Counted from the first letter of the stretch, positions 53,661-62,849 are shown. The stretch is 64,000 bases of DNA from Myxococcota bacterium (GCA_039024635.1 JBCCQA010000017.1:23624-87623), one strand, 5' to 3'. Numbers and translations are program-made. Notes: generated from the sequence alone by a model not told the origin.

Positions 53661-54212
53661 TTAGGGCGAGGCGGGCTTCTCTACCTGGGGCGAATTCCCG
53701 ATGGACCTCAGTTCGCCCTGAAGTTTCTCCGCCCATGCGCGAATGCGCTCGTTGGTCTTCTCGGGCTCGTTGTCGTCGTCTAAGGGCAGCCCGATGAAGG
53801 ACTTCCTGTCTTCCGTGAGCGAAGCGGAGTCGGAGAAGGTGTAGTCTTCTGTCGGCCAGAGGCCGAGCAGGTTCGCACCGCGCGGCTCCAACTTTTCCCA
53901 AATCAGTCCGAAGGCGTCGACGAAGGTGTCATCATAGCCGATTGCGTCGCCGGTTCCAAAGAAGGCCACGTGCTTGTTGGACCATTCCTTGTCTTCCAGC
54001 TGGAAGATGCGTGTCTCCCAATCGTACTGGATCTGGCCGATGTCCCAGGTCGAGACACCGATGATGATCACGTCATAATTCATGATCTCGCCGGGTCCGA
54101 TGTTCGAGACGTCGACACAGACCTCCACCAGTGGGTCGAGGTGCTTCTTGAGTGTTTTGGCCGCGATTTCCGTTTGGCCTGTGCTGCTTCCGAAGATGAT
54201 GGCGGTCCGCAT
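53661..54212 (-). CDS. fldA: Long-chain flavodoxin
   Basis: MRTAIIFGSSTGQTEIAAKTL (FMN phosphate loop), YDVIIIGVSTWDIGQIQYDWE, VAFFGTGDAIGYDDTFVDAFG. Confidence 0.85.
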   Translation of the reverse strand: MRTAIIFGSSTGQTEIAAKTLKKHLDPLVEVCVDVSNIGPGEIMNYDVIIIGVSTWDIGQIQYDWETRIFQLEDKEWSNKHVAFFGTGDAIGYDDTFVDAFGLIWEKLEPRGANLLGLWPTEDYTFSDSASLTEDRKSFIGLPLDDDNEPEKTNERIRAWAEKLQGELRSIGNSPQVEKPASP

Positions 54213-54246
54213 GGGTTGCTCCGTTCTCGTGCGGGTGGGACTTTAT

Positions 54247-54265
54247 GAGAATGATTCGCAAAGTC
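54247..54265. promoter_or_regulatory. Fur-box-like site upstream of the flavodoxin gene
   Basis: GAGAATGATTCGCAAAGTC gives 12/19 matches to GATAATGATAATCATTATC by hand alignment. It lies 35 nt upstream of the fldA ATG. The element is AT-rich in a GC-rich genome. Confidence 0.35.
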
Positions 54266-54389
54266 AATGACAGGTCGCCAAGCGGAGTGATCGGCTTTGG
54301 TGGCCTCGCGGAACGAGTCGAGGCGGTGAAATTGGGCGGTTTGCGCGAATCAAGATGATGGTGCGGAGAGCCTCTTCGCCCCGGTCGGC

Positions 54390-54914
54390 TCAGGCGCCAA
54401 GACGTCGGTAGGGTGCCTCGAAGACGAGGGGCGCGGACAGTCGTCTTCCCGTCATTCGGACATGAAGCGTGAGCTCCTCGCCCGACTCGCTCAGTCGGAA
54501 GGTGGTGGTTCGTTGGCCCTGGTCGCCTTCGCTCACCAAGATCAGCGCGTCCTTTTCCCGCCGAATCGAGAGCAGGCCGTTCCGGCCCTTCTCGCTGACC
54601 CGCACCGGTTCGCCGCCCAGGACGAGCGAGACGCTCTTTTCTCCTCGTACGAGCACGACCTCCTTGCCTTCGACGCTCAGCTTCATCGTGTGTTCGGGAA
54701 CGGCTTGATTCCCAAGTCGACTGCGGGCCTTCCCACGCATCATTCGGTTCATCGAGGCCGTGGCCTTGTCTACGGCGGCTCGCCGCGTCTTCGCCTCCTC
54801 CTCGCTACCTGCGTACTCCCAGGTTCCGGAGAACCGCTGGGCGTCGGCCGCACCAGCCGACGCGGTCACCAAGCAGAGCCCAAGGCCCAGGATCCACCTC
54901 GCCTTTTTCGCCAT
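54390..54914 (-). CDS. Secreted hypothetical protein
   Basis: ORF 54390..55133. ATG 54914 gives MAKKARWILGLGLCLVTASAGAADA (signal peptide). The longer versions overlap the response-regulator gene on the other strand. Confidence 0.55.
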   Translation of the reverse strand: MAKKARWILGLGLCLVTASAGAADAQRFSGTWEYAGSEEEAKTRRAAVDKATASMNRMMRGKARSRLGNQAVPEHTMKLSVEGKEVVLVRGEKSVSLVLGGEPVRVSEKGRNGLLSIRREKDALILVSEGDQGQRTTTFRLSESGEELTLHVRMTGRRLSAPLVFEAPYRRLGA

Positions 54915-55050
54915 CGTCTCGTCTCCTTTCGATCGACGCTTGTTCATCGTCTCCCTTTCAACCACGAGCGAGGAAGAGAGTTGCCGACGAATTTGCTGCG
55001 AAGTGTTGCGGTCCTTGCCCACGGAGACGGAGAGGGCAAGGCTGGCCATC

Positions 55051-55752
55051 GTGGAGGCGGGCCATGGCGGGCACATACTCTTGGTCGAAGACGACCTCGG
55101 CCTCGCCGACCTCCTAACCGAGTACCTCAGCACCCACGGATTCCGCTTGTCTCACGCCAACACGGGTCCAGCAGGCGCGGAGCGCATTCTCGCTGAAAGG
55201 CCCGACTTGGTCCTGCTCGACCTGATGCTTCCCGGCGACAGCGGCCTGGACGTTTGTCGTCGCGTCCGCTCGGCCTACCGAGGCGCCATCGTGATGCTCA
55301 CGGCGAGTCAGAGCGAAGCCGATCACATCGCCGGCCTCGAACTGGGCGCCGACGATTTCGTGATCAAGCCCATCGAGCCTCGCGTGCTGCTCGCCCGCAT
55401 TCGCGCTCAACTGAGACGCCTGGGCGGGTCGGATCTCACCAAGGCCCATGCGTCCATCGAGCTGGGCGAGCTTCGCCTGGATGTGGCCGCTCGCAGCGTT
55501 CAGCTCGGCGACGAGCCGGTCGGCTTGACCCATACCGAGTTCGAGATCTTGCGTATTCTGCTCGTGGAGGCGGGCACGGTCGTCGGGCGAGAGGAGCTCT
55601 ATCAGCGCGTCCTGAGAACGGAGTACGATGGAATCGATCGGGGCATGGATGTCCACGTCAGCCGCATCCGACGCAAGCTAGAGCGTGCGGGCTTCGATCC
55701 CTCTCGGCTCAAATCGGTTCGAGGCCTGGGCTACCTGCTCACACAACGATGA
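55051..55752 (+). CDS. OmpR-family response regulator
   Basis: In the frame of ORF 54760..55752. GTG 55051 gives VEAGHGGHILLVEDDLGLADLL... Receiver (DLVLLDLMLPG..), winged helix (LTHTEFEILRILL..VHVSRIRRKLE..SVRGLGYLL). Confidence 0.85.
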   Translation: MEAGHGGHILLVEDDLGLADLLTEYLSTHGFRLSHANTGPAGAERILAERPDLVLLDLMLPGDSGLDVCRRVRSAYRGAIVMLTASQSEADHIAGLELGADDFVIKPIEPRVLLARIRAQLRRLGGSDLTKAHASIELGELRLDVAARSVQLGDEPVGLTHTEFEILRILLVEAGTVVGREELYQRVLRTEYDGIDRGMDVHVSRIRRKLERAGFDPSRLKSVRGLGYLLTQR

Positions 55753-57011
55753 GACCGTCCTTCATTCGACTGGTGGTCACCACCGTACTTCTGAGCTGGG
55801 TTCTGGGGGCAGGGAGCGTCGTTCTCTACGCGCGCCAACTGCCCTGGACTGGAGAGCAGGCCCGGGCCCGGGGCGCACCGGCCGTATTTCGGCTCTTGGA
55901 CGGGGTCGCCGCGCCGGAGCGACCGGAGCTCATGGCCGCTCTCGCCCACGAATTCGACACGGATCTCCGGATCCTGCCCCGAGCGGAGGCGCTGCGGACC
56001 GGCGATCCAGTGCCGGAACCGGGAGGCTCGGTTCACCTGAAGAAGTCCCTGTCCAAGGCTGTTTCGATCTTCGCCTTCCAAGACGGTTCTGAGGTTCTCA
56101 TCTTTGGGCCCGTCAACCCGAGCGTCCCGCCGGGCGCCTTTCCCATCGGCATCCTGCTCATGGCCATCGGGCTGCCGCTGGTGGCGAGCGGGGTCGCGCT
56201 CTTGGTGGAGCGGCAGCTAAGTCGAGTGGAACGCGCCAGCCATGCCTTGGCCCAAGGCGAGCTGAGTGCCCGCGTCTCAGGCCCGACCAACGAGCTGGCG
56301 ACTCGGTTCAACGCCATGGCGGAGAGGATCGAGCGACTCGTTAGAAGCCGGGACGAGCTCATTCAGGCGGTGTCCCATGAATTGGGCTCTCCGCTTTCTC
56401 GCCTTCGCTTTCGCCTCGAGCTGGTCGCCTCATCGACGGACTTGGAAGCAGCCCACCACATCGCCGGCATGACCTGGGAGCTGGACGTTCTCGACGAGCT
56501 GGTCGGAGAGCTTCTGGGCTACGTGCAGGCTGATGATGGAGCCCTCGTCTTGAAGCGTTTCGACGTCCGGCCGGTCCTGGACGACCTCGCCGAGCTGGCG
56601 CGTCTGGAGGCGAGCCCGGACGACGGAGTGTCCTTGGAGCTGAAGGCTGACGACGACACGATCATGGAAGCCGATCCTCGTGGTCTTCAGCGGGCCATCG
56701 AGAATCTCCTCAGGAACGCGGTCCGCCATGCCGCCAGCCGGGTTCGAGTGGAGCTCCGTTCGGATACCCAAAACACCCTCATCTCCGTCCACGACGATGG
56801 TGCTGGAATTCCACCCGAGCTCCGAGAGAGGGTCACGGCACCCTTCGTCCGCCTCGAACCCGACCGGCCGCGCAAGACGGGCGGCGCGGGCCTGGGCTTG
56901 GCTATCGTTCGGCGCATTCTCGAGCGACACGGCGGCCAGCTCTCCATCCAAGACTCGCCTCTGGGTGGGGCGGCCGTGATCACGGCCTGGCCTCGGAGAT
57001 CCGGACGCTAG
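55749..57011 (+). CDS. Sensor histidine kinase (two TM, HAMP, HisKA, HATPase; EnvZ/RstB-like)
   Basis: ATG 55749 overlaps the RR stop (ATGA). MRPSFIRLVVTTVLLSWVLGA.., HAMP ..ALAQGELSARVSGPTNELATRFNAMAERI, H-box AVSHELGSPLSRLRF, NLLRNAVRHA, HDDGAGIPPE, GGAGLGLAIV. The first 165 codons of track ORF 55254..57011 are an out-of-frame shadow of the RR gene. Confidence 0.85.
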   Translation: MRPSFIRLVVTTVLLSWVLGAGSVVLYARQLPWTGEQARARGAPAVFRLLDGVAAPERPELMAALAHEFDTDLRILPRAEALRTGDPVPEPGGSVHLKKSLSKAVSIFAFQDGSEVLIFGPVNPSVPPGAFPIGILLMAIGLPLVASGVALLVERQLSRVERASHALAQGELSARVSGPTNELATRFNAMAERIERLVRSRDELIQAVSHELGSPLSRLRFRLELVASSTDLEAAHHIAGMTWELDVLDELVGELLGYVQADDGALVLKRFDVRPVLDDLAELARLEASPDDGVSLELKADDDTIMEADPRGLQRAIENLLRNAVRHAASRVRVELRSDTQNTLISVHDDGAGIPPELRERVTAPFVRLEPDRPRKTGGAGLGLAIVRRILERHGGQLSIQDSPLGGAAVITAWPRRSGR

Positions 57012-57255
57012 AAGAGGGGCATCGTGCCCATGCCCGATTCATCCCTTCTTCGACCGGCCCTAGAAGAGAGAGCCTGACGGGCACTAGGCTCATCCGAGAC
57101 TTGGGCTTCGTGTAGCCCAGCTGCAAAGGAGGGAAGGGGCAGCCTCTCCCCGAGAGCGCGGCTCATCAAAGCCCCCCGGCTATGGGGCCAGGTCTCGTTC
57201 AAGCGGTGCGAACAAAAGCCGCCACCTTGCTGGCGAAGGGAGTAGACCGCGGCCT

Positions 57256-58473
57256 TCAGCGGTAGAGGACAGAGCGTTCAAGGAGTTCATCCACCCCCGT
57301 CGACCAGGCCGGCCTCTCTTCGACCGTGGCCCAGCCTTGGGCCGAGTCCCACCACTCGTCCACCCATCCCATGGCGAGGACGTCTTCGTCGATCTCCACC
57401 TGTCCACCCGGTCGGGGCGCTACGATCTTCGCTCCACTTTCGAGGGCCGCTCGACGGATGCGCTGAATGGGCTCCACCCAAGGGTGGAGCGCCAGGTCGA
57501 AGGTCCCCCAGTGGGCGGGCAGGAGCAGCTTCGCCTCCAGCATGGCGTGGGCGATCAGCGCTTGCTCGGGACCCAGATGTACGTCGGACCACATCGGGCT
57601 GTAGGCCCCCGTTTCGATGATGGAGAGGTCGAAGGGACCAAGCTGCTCCGAGATGTCTTCGAAGGCTGGATGCAGAGCGGTGTCCCCGCTGTAGAACACG
57701 CGATGCTCGGGCCCAGCCAGGGCCCAACCCGACCACAGGGTCGCGTTCATGGAGGTCAAGGACCGCCCAGAAAAGTGTCGAGCTGGGGCGCAGGTGATGG
57801 TCAGGGGACCAAGCTCTCTGGACTCCCACCAGTCCAGCTCCTCGATACGGGAAGGGTCGATGCCCCAGTATTCCAGGTGGGCGCCGACGCCGAGAGGTAC
57901 CAGCCAGCGGGTGTCGAAGCGCTGCATTTGGGAGATGGTGGGATGATCCAGGTGGTCGTAGTGGTCGTGAGAGATGACGACGGCATCGATGGGCGGGAGC
58001 TCATTCAGGGGAAGAGGCGGCTCGTGAAACCGCTTCGGACCGGCCCAGCTGAGAGGCGAGGCTCGCTCACCCCAAACCGGATCGATGAGGACGCGGGACC
58101 CGTCTATCTCGATGATGAAGGTCGAGTGGCCCAGCCAGGTCACCCGAAGACCGCTCGGGGGAGGCACTGAGAAGTCCTCGCGGCGGCGTCGCTCGATTTC
58201 GATGGGGGCTGCAGGCGAGCGGCCCGGGTTGTCTTCCAGGAAGCGAGACAGCATCTGGTCGAGCCCGCCGTCCACCCGGGCCAGTTCGTTGTCGAAGCGG
58301 TCGCCCTTCCATTGGGGAGAGCGCTTGATCCGCTCAAGTCGCTGGCCTTCTGCTTTCTGGCCACTTGCCGTCCAGGTCGCCGCGACGAGAAAAGAGGGCA
58401 CACCCAACACGATGAGGACCACGGCCAAGCCCGTGCGCCAGACCCACTTCAATGCTCCGTCGGGGTACTGCAT
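57256..58473 (-). CDS. MBL-fold metallo-hydrolase (NAPE-PLD/Lactamase_B_2-like) with N-terminal TM anchor
   Basis: VVISHDHYDHLD (H-x-H-x-D-H), N-terminal TGLAVVLIVLGVPSFLVAATW. Confidence 0.75.
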   Translation of the reverse strand: MQYPDGALKWVWRTGLAVVLIVLGVPSFLVAATWTASGQKAEGQRLERIKRSPQWKGDRFDNELARVDGGLDQMLSRFLEDNPGRSPAAPIEIERRRREDFSVPPPSGLRVTWLGHSTFIIEIDGSRVLIDPVWGERASPLSWAGPKRFHEPPLPLNELPPIDAVVISHDHYDHLDHPTISQMQRFDTRWLVPLGVGAHLEYWGIDPSRIEELDWWESRELGPLTITCAPARHFSGRSLTSMNATLWSGWALAGPEHRVFYSGDTALHPAFEDISEQLGPFDLSIIETGAYSPMWSDVHLGPEQALIAHAMLEAKLLLPAHWGTFDLALHPWVEPIQRIRRAALESGAKIVAPRPGGQVEIDEDVLAMGWVDEWWDSAQGWATVEERPAWSTGVDELLERSVLYR

Positions 58474-58629
58474 TCATATCGCTTAGCTCAAGGCCTGTCC
58501 TTTCGCGGATCGCCCAGATGCTGCGCCTCCGAGCTTGCGATTGTTCTAGGCGGCCCATTTGGGCGTCTGCTGGCCGGCAGGATACACTTCCGCGGTCCAA
58601 GACGGCTTGCTGCGCCGTATGAGGTCAGC

Positions 58630-59493
58630 ATGCTGGCTTCGATCGCAACCTTGAGTTGGGTCCTCGCCGCCACCGACCCCCATCCTTGCTCCAGCGAGGA
58701 CTTTGAGGCGGTTCAGGCTCGTTTGGGCCAGGACGGCCGGCTCGAAGTGCAGTCGGTGGGCTCTGGACTTCGGATTGAAGTGTGGGATGCCGGACGAGTC
58801 CTTTGGTCGGGTCGCATTCAGGAGAGCGACTGCCTGCTCGTGGCCGAGGTCGTCGACATCCACGTTCGCCGTCGACTGGCCCCGGAGCGAATTCAGCCCT
58901 TGGGCGAGCTTCCTGCCCTCTCCACCCCGGTCCTGTCGGGCCCCGCCAAGGAGGCTACGCCAGACCGGGGTCTATCCTGGAAAGCCGAGCTGGGCGCAGG
59001 GGTTCTTTGGGAGCTCGGCGGCGAGGGCCTGGGTCGAGTCGGTGGCCAGGTGGACGGCGCCCTTGGACGGGGACCCTGGAGTGGTCGCCTCGAGCTGGGG
59101 CTGATGGCACCGGACGGGGCCGACGTCGTCGGAGCGGGTGAGGTCTTGGGGCGGGGGCGGCTCAGCAGTCTTCATCTTCTGGTCTTTGCTCGCGGATGCC
59201 GCATGGTCGGGCCCACCCGGCTCTGTGCCCACCTGGGCGGAGGAGCGGAGCACGTCTGGGCGCGGGCCGATGGCGTAGGCGTTTTTCAAGAGGCGCCCGG
59301 TTCGGCGTGGCTGGCCCGGGGCGAGGGGGTGCTTTCTTTGGGCCTGGGTCGGGCGCCAGGGGTCGAACTGTTGGTGCGAGGAACCGTTCGCAGCCGTCGG
59401 CTCAGTCTGGGCATCGAGTCTGCGGGGCTCGAGCTCGGTCTTCCGCCCTGGTCGGCCCAGCTGGGTCTCCGAACATTCCTCGAGATTCTTTGA
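58630..59493 (+). CDS. Hypothetical secreted, Gly/Leu-rich beta-type protein
   Basis: In the frame of ORF 58312..59493. ATG 58630 gives MLASIATLSWVLAATDPHPC. The upstream extension runs antisense into the MBL gene. No family recognised. Confidence 0.45.
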   Translation: MLASIATLSWVLAATDPHPCSSEDFEAVQARLGQDGRLEVQSVGSGLRIEVWDAGRVLWSGRIQESDCLLVAEVVDIHVRRRLAPERIQPLGELPALSTPVLSGPAKEATPDRGLSWKAELGAGVLWELGGEGLGRVGGQVDGALGRGPWSGRLELGLMAPDGADVVGAGEVLGRGRLSSLHLLVFARGCRMVGPTRLCAHLGGGAEHVWARADGVGVFQEAPGSAWLARGEGVLSLGLGRAPGVELLVRGTVRSRRLSLGIESAGLELGLPPWSAQLGLRTFLEIL

Positions 59494-59531
59494 AGGTGCT
59501 CGGCTCCTTTCGACATTCACGTCCGAGGCTC

Positions 59532-60140
59532 ATGGGGAGCCCAGGACGCATGGAGCTGGTCGCCGACGCCACCGAATCGGCCGAGGCAGACCCTGAACTC
59601 GCTTTGGTCCGGCGCTGTCGGGCCGCGGACCGGTCCGCCTGGCGGTCTCTCTATGAGGCCCACCAGCCCTTCGTTCATCGTGTCGCCCGGCGTTTGGGAA
59701 CGCCAAGCGACGAGGTCGAGGACGTAGTGCACGAGGTCTTCATGGTCGTGATGGCGAAGCTAGAGCACTTTCAAGGCGGACGGTTCACGACCTGGCTCTA
59801 CCGAATCACGGCCAACGTATCCGCTCACCACCACCGAAAGCGGCGGCGCCGGCGCGTCCTGCAGAGCTGGTCGGAGCGCATGGGATTCGGGTCGGCAGAG
59901 AGTCCTGAAGCTATTTCCTCTGCCGCCAGTGACGCCCGGGCCGTGGACGCCATCTTGGAGCGGATGAGCCCGAAGAAGCGGGAGGTCTTCGCGCTCTTCG
60001 AGCTAGAGGGTTTGTCGGGAGAAGAGATCGCCGAGCACGTCGGCTGTCCCGTCAATACCGTTTGGAGTCGGCTCCGCCACGGGCGTCAGGACTTCTTGCG
60101 CATTGGCCGTCGACTCGGCGTCCTGGAGGACGGGGCGTGA
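59532..60140 (+). CDS. ECF-type RNA polymerase sigma factor
   Basis: In the frame of ORF 59196..60140. ATG 59532 (MGSPGRMELV..) or 59550. DEVEDVVHEVFMVVMAKL, TWLYRITANV, LSGEEIAEHVGCPVNTVWSRLRHGR. Confidence 0.8.
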   Translation: MGSPGRMELVADATESAEADPELALVRRCRAADRSAWRSLYEAHQPFVHRVARRLGTPSDEVEDVVHEVFMVVMAKLEHFQGGRFTTWLYRITANVSAHHHRKRRRRRVLQSWSERMGFGSAESPEAISSAASDARAVDAILERMSPKKREVFALFELEGLSGEEIAEHVGCPVNTVWSRLRHGRQDFLRIGRRLGVLEDGA

Positions 60141-61576
60141 AGCGTTGGACCGAGGAGGAGGCGCCACCCGGCGTGGCGGAGCTCCTGAAAGCTCATCAGG
60201 CCAGGGCCGAGGCCGACGTCGCCAGCACCGAGCGGGTCTGGCGTCGTCTTCAGTCGCCCGAGCCCAATCGGGACGCCCGCTGGCCGTGGGCGGTCGTACC
60301 CCTGATGTCCGCGCTCGTGTTGGTGCTGCTCTTGATGCGAGCGGATGGGCCGCCTGGGGTCAGAGTGCGAGCGGTGGAGGGGCCGGCCTGGTCCGGAGAC
60401 CAGGCGCTGGAAGTGGGACGAAGCCTACGTCCTCCGCTGGAGGTTCGGACCTCCATCGACGGTATGGTCGAGCTCGAGAGCCAAGGCGAAGATCGTCTCC
60501 GATTGGAGTCGGCGGGACGGCTTCGAGGCTCCGCTCTCGAGCAGTGGTCCTTGCTCCGGGGACAGGTCGAAGTTTGGGCCAGGGCCGAATCGTCCGAACT
60601 CCCCCTCGAAGTTCGAGCCGAGCCTTGGTCTCTCACCGCCCTCACCAGTCGCTTCCGGGTCGAGCGATTCGAAGACGGTCGCGTGCGCGTGACCGTGGTG
60701 GAGGGTCAGGTGGGACTCAGAGGTCCTTCCAAGACCGCCGTCCTTCGGGCGGGAGAAGTCTTCGACGAGCGCGCGCCGGCGAAGGCCTTAGTCGAAGAGC
60801 CCGTGACCGACGCGCTCGTTCCAGGGTCCGCGTCCGACGCGCCGGTCGTCGACGAGCCCGTTCCACCCAGACCTCGTCGCCCCCGGCGGGTCGAGGCCCA
60901 AGAGATCGAGGCGCCGTCCCCGGAACCACCTCCATCGCCTCCCGAAAGCTCGGCCGAGACCCTGTCCCGAGCCAAAGCCGCGAGCGACTTGGAGAGGGCG
61001 CTGGCCCTGTTCGACCGGGTTGCCGAGGCTGGGCCGCCGCTCGACGAGATTGCCGCCTTTCGGGCCGCCCAGCGCCTGAGGGCGGCGGGGCGACGGGACG
61101 AAGCCTTGGCCAGGCTCCGGGCGCACCTGACCCGATGGCCGAGTGGCGAGTTGACGGAGCTGGCTTGGCGCGACCTTGCGCGCATACATCTCCAGGATGG
61201 TCTGGCTGATCAGGCGCAGGAGGTCCTTCAGGAGTATGTACGAGCTTATCCTGCGTCGAGGGCTCAGCCGGAGGTGAGCTTCCTGGAGGGTGAAGTCCTT
61301 CGAACCCTTGGTGAGTACGAACGCGCCGCCGTCGCCTACGAAGGGGCAGGTCGTGCGCCCCGCTTCGCCGAGCGAGCCGGCTTCTTGCGCGGGCTCTGCT
61401 TGGCTCGAGCGGGACAGGAGGAGGCGGCTCGACGGGTCCTGGAGGCTTTCCTGGAGCGCCATCCCGGTTCGTCCCAGGCTCGATCGGCCCGTCAGATTCT
61501 GGGTGAGGAAAAAAAGAGTGAAGGCGAAGGGGGCTCCGAGTCATTCACCGCCACCCAGAAGGAGGGTTTGAAATGA
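60137..61576 (+). CDS. Anti-sigma factor-like membrane protein with FecR-like and TPR-like periplasmic regions
   Basis: GTG 60137 overlaps the sigma stop (GTGA). TM WPWAVVPLMSALVLVLLLM, FecR-like beta region (..RLESAGRLRGSALEQWSLLRGQVEVWA..), Pro-rich linker, C-terminal helical repeats (..AAFRAAQRLRAAGRRDEALARLRAHL..). Confidence 0.65.
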   Translation: MKRWTEEEAPPGVAELLKAHQARAEADVASTERVWRRLQSPEPNRDARWPWAVVPLMSALVLVLLLMRADGPPGVRVRAVEGPAWSGDQALEVGRSLRPPLEVRTSIDGMVELESQGEDRLRLESAGRLRGSALEQWSLLRGQVEVWARAESSELPLEVRAEPWSLTALTSRFRVERFEDGRVRVTVVEGQVGLRGPSKTAVLRAGEVFDERAPAKALVEEPVTDALVPGSASDAPVVDEPVPPRPRRPRRVEAQEIEAPSPEPPPSPPESSAETLSRAKAASDLERALALFDRVAEAGPPLDEIAAFRAAQRLRAAGRRDEALARLRAHLTRWPSGELTELAWRDLARIHLQDGLADQAQEVLQEYVRAYPASRAQPEVSFLEGEVLRTLGEYERAAVAYEGAGRAPRFAERAGFLRGLCLARAGQEEAARRVLEAFLERHPGSSQARSARQILGEEKKSEGEGGSESFTATQKEGLK

Positions 61577-62661
61577 TGAACAGCAACAAGACAGCACTCG
61601 CTTCACTGGCCGTCCTCGGCGCCGTAGCTTGCGGGGGAGATAGTTCCATGCAGCTCGGCTCCCGCTTCTTGGCCTCGGCCAGCGTCGGTTCTGACGGTGG
61701 TGGATTCGACGTGGACGACGGCTCGGCCCTGGACGGACTGAGTCTCGAGGTCCCGGCAGGGGCGTTGGACGAGGAGGTCACCCTAGGCGTGACGCCTAGC
61801 GTGAACCTGCCGGTCGAACAGAATATCGACTGGATCGGACCCGCCGCCGACTTCGGGCCCGATGGTCAGCAATTCGCGGTGCCCGTCCGGATCACGATGC
61901 CGCTGAGCCAGAGCCTGTCAGACGGTGAGGCCGTGGTTCGAGTGATCAGCGCCGATGGCACCCAAGAGCTGCTGTCTGGGGCCTCGGTCCAGGTTTCAGC
62001 GGGCTCCGTGAGCTTCGAGATCGACCACTTTACCCGCTTTCAGCCGGGTCGGCAGCCCTCGGGCCAGTGTACGAGCGATGCTGATTGTCCCCAGGGCGAG
62101 GAGTGCTCCCCCAACCGAAGCTGCGTTCCCAGCCAGACGGGTTGCACCGTCAACGCCGACTGCGCCGCCAACGAGGTCTGCGCGCAAACCGCGACCGGAG
62201 GGGCGTGTGTCGTCGGAGAGTGCACGGCTGACGCCGACTGCGCCCAGGACGAAGAGTGTTCGCCCAACTACACGTGCGAGCTTGCGCCGGAGTGTCGAAC
62301 TGATGCCGACTGCCCACAGGGTGAAGAGTGCTCTACCGCTCAGACCTGCGTCCCCGTTCGGACCGGCTGCACCACCAACGGCGACTGCGCGATGAACGAA
62401 GTCTGCCTGCGCAACGCCCTCGGACCCGGGATGTGCATCGTGGGTGAATGCACGAGCGACGCCGAGTGTGCCGCGGGTGAAGAGTGTTCTCCCAACTACG
62501 TCTGCGTGACGGTGCCCCAGTGCCGAAGCAATGCCGACTGTGCTCCGGGTGAGGTCTGCCGGACCGACGGCACCTGCGGTCAGCCGCCTCAGTGCCAGAC
62601 TGACCAGGACTGCATACAGAGCCAGCTCGGCCGAACCTGTACCCGAGGCATCTGCATCTAG
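61573..62661 (+). CDS. Lipoprotein with Myxococcus-type Cys-rich repeats
   Basis: ATG overlaps the upstream stop (ATGA). MMNSNKTALASLAVLGAVAC lipobox. The C-terminal about 200 aa is built from C-x3-DADC-x2-GEEC-S-x-N-x2-C units (CTSDADCPQGEECSPNRSC, CTADADCAQDEECSPNYTC, CRTDADCPQGEECSTAQTC, CTSDAECAAGEECSPNYVC and others). Confidence 0.8.
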   Translation: MMNSNKTALASLAVLGAVACGGDSSMQLGSRFLASASVGSDGGGFDVDDGSALDGLSLEVPAGALDEEVTLGVTPSVNLPVEQNIDWIGPAADFGPDGQQFAVPVRITMPLSQSLSDGEAVVRVISADGTQELLSGASVQVSAGSVSFEIDHFTRFQPGRQPSGQCTSDADCPQGEECSPNRSCVPSQTGCTVNADCAANEVCAQTATGGACVVGECTADADCAQDEECSPNYTCELAPECRTDADCPQGEECSTAQTCVPVRTGCTTNGDCAMNEVCLRNALGPGMCIVGECTSDAECAAGEECSPNYVCVTVPQCRSNADCAPGEVCRTDGTCGQPPQCQTDQDCIQSQLGRTCTRGICI

Positions 62662-62667
62662 TCTGTC

Positions 62668-62713
62668 GGTCGGCCGCTGACGGCCGAGTGTGGGTCGGCC
62701 CCTGACGGCCGAG
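62668..62713. repeat. Tandem 21-bp direct repeat, each unit a short GC hairpin
   Basis: GGTCGGCCGCTGACGGCCGAG (62668-62688) and GGTCGGCCCCTGACGGCCGAG (62693-62713), with one mismatch and a 4-nt spacer. Each unit contains TCGGCC..GGCCGA arms. Confidence 0.6.
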
Positions 62714-62720
62714 AGGGTGC

Positions 62721-62752
62721 GCTCGGCTCGGGCTCAGTGGTCCGAGCCGGGC
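62721..62752. terminator. 11-bp-stem hairpin between convergent genes
   Basis: GCTCGGCTCGG / CCGAGCCGGGC with a 10-nt loop and one G-U pair. It lies between the stops at 62661 (+) and 62850 (-). No U-tract. Confidence 0.4.
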
Positions 62753-62849
62753 TTGCCCCGTTCGTCCCTGGGAAGAACGCCGATGCTCTGCTTGAGCTTG
62801 GGAGAGGACCTTCCGGCTCGGGTCGGGCCCGAAGCCGGAAGGCCATTGC

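Noticed and set aside
58312-58629. N-terminal 106 codons of ORF 58312..59493.
   Set aside because: This part runs antisense through the start of the MBL hydrolase gene. A signal-peptide-like start appears only at ATG 58630.
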